The notes beneath the pieces were generated by a model. It was not told where the DNA came from, made no database searches, and saw nothing but the letters and a program-made list of their open reading frames with translations. From Deltaproteobacteria bacterium TL4 (GTDB lineage: Bacteria; SAR324; NAC60-12), in NCBI GenBank assembly GCA_051382335.1, contig JBBCAX010000104.1, positions 1 to 24,628 of the forward strand: a stretch of 24,628 bases of DNA, written 5' to 3'. Shown here in pieces: positions 24,613 to 24,628 of this stretch. Numbering within the stretch: the stretch's first letter is position 1; every line of letters begins with the position of its first letter. A program made the translations under genes and the position numbers.

Positions 24613-24628
24613 CTTTCTTACAAAGCCG

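Overview
Bacterial chromosomal window with 17 well-supported CDSs. In order: MCP and cheW, tightly followed by an SNF2 ATPase plus SWIM zinc-finger pair; a secreted M16 (pitrilysin-like) peptidase; a J-domain protein; cyaY; an FG-GAP lipoprotein; a cNMP-domain hybrid histidine kinase; a YfbR-like HD protein; a metzincin lipoprotein with a secreted helical neighbour; a REC/GAF-like/HATPase signalling protein; an MTA/SAH-nucleosidase-family protein; and a cbiB-cobU-cobT cobamide cluster. Gene content suggests a Gram-negative, delta-proteobacteria-like organism (inference only). Most notable observations: (1) a related ~62-66 aa helical module is inserted into loops of two unrelated exported proteins (the M16 peptidase and the FG-GAP propeller); (2) the 22.9-24.6 kb region and the 6.4-6.6 kb intergenic gap hold several small elements in which REP-like hairpin doublets are wrapped in terminal inverted repeats, including two ~98% identical 194-bp copies in inverted orientation around a 454-bp spacer; (3) a (CCGCA)15 microsatellite lies inside a short ORF with a signal-peptide-like end, a possible phase-variation switch. 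No rRNA, tRNA, CRISPR array or transposase was recognised.
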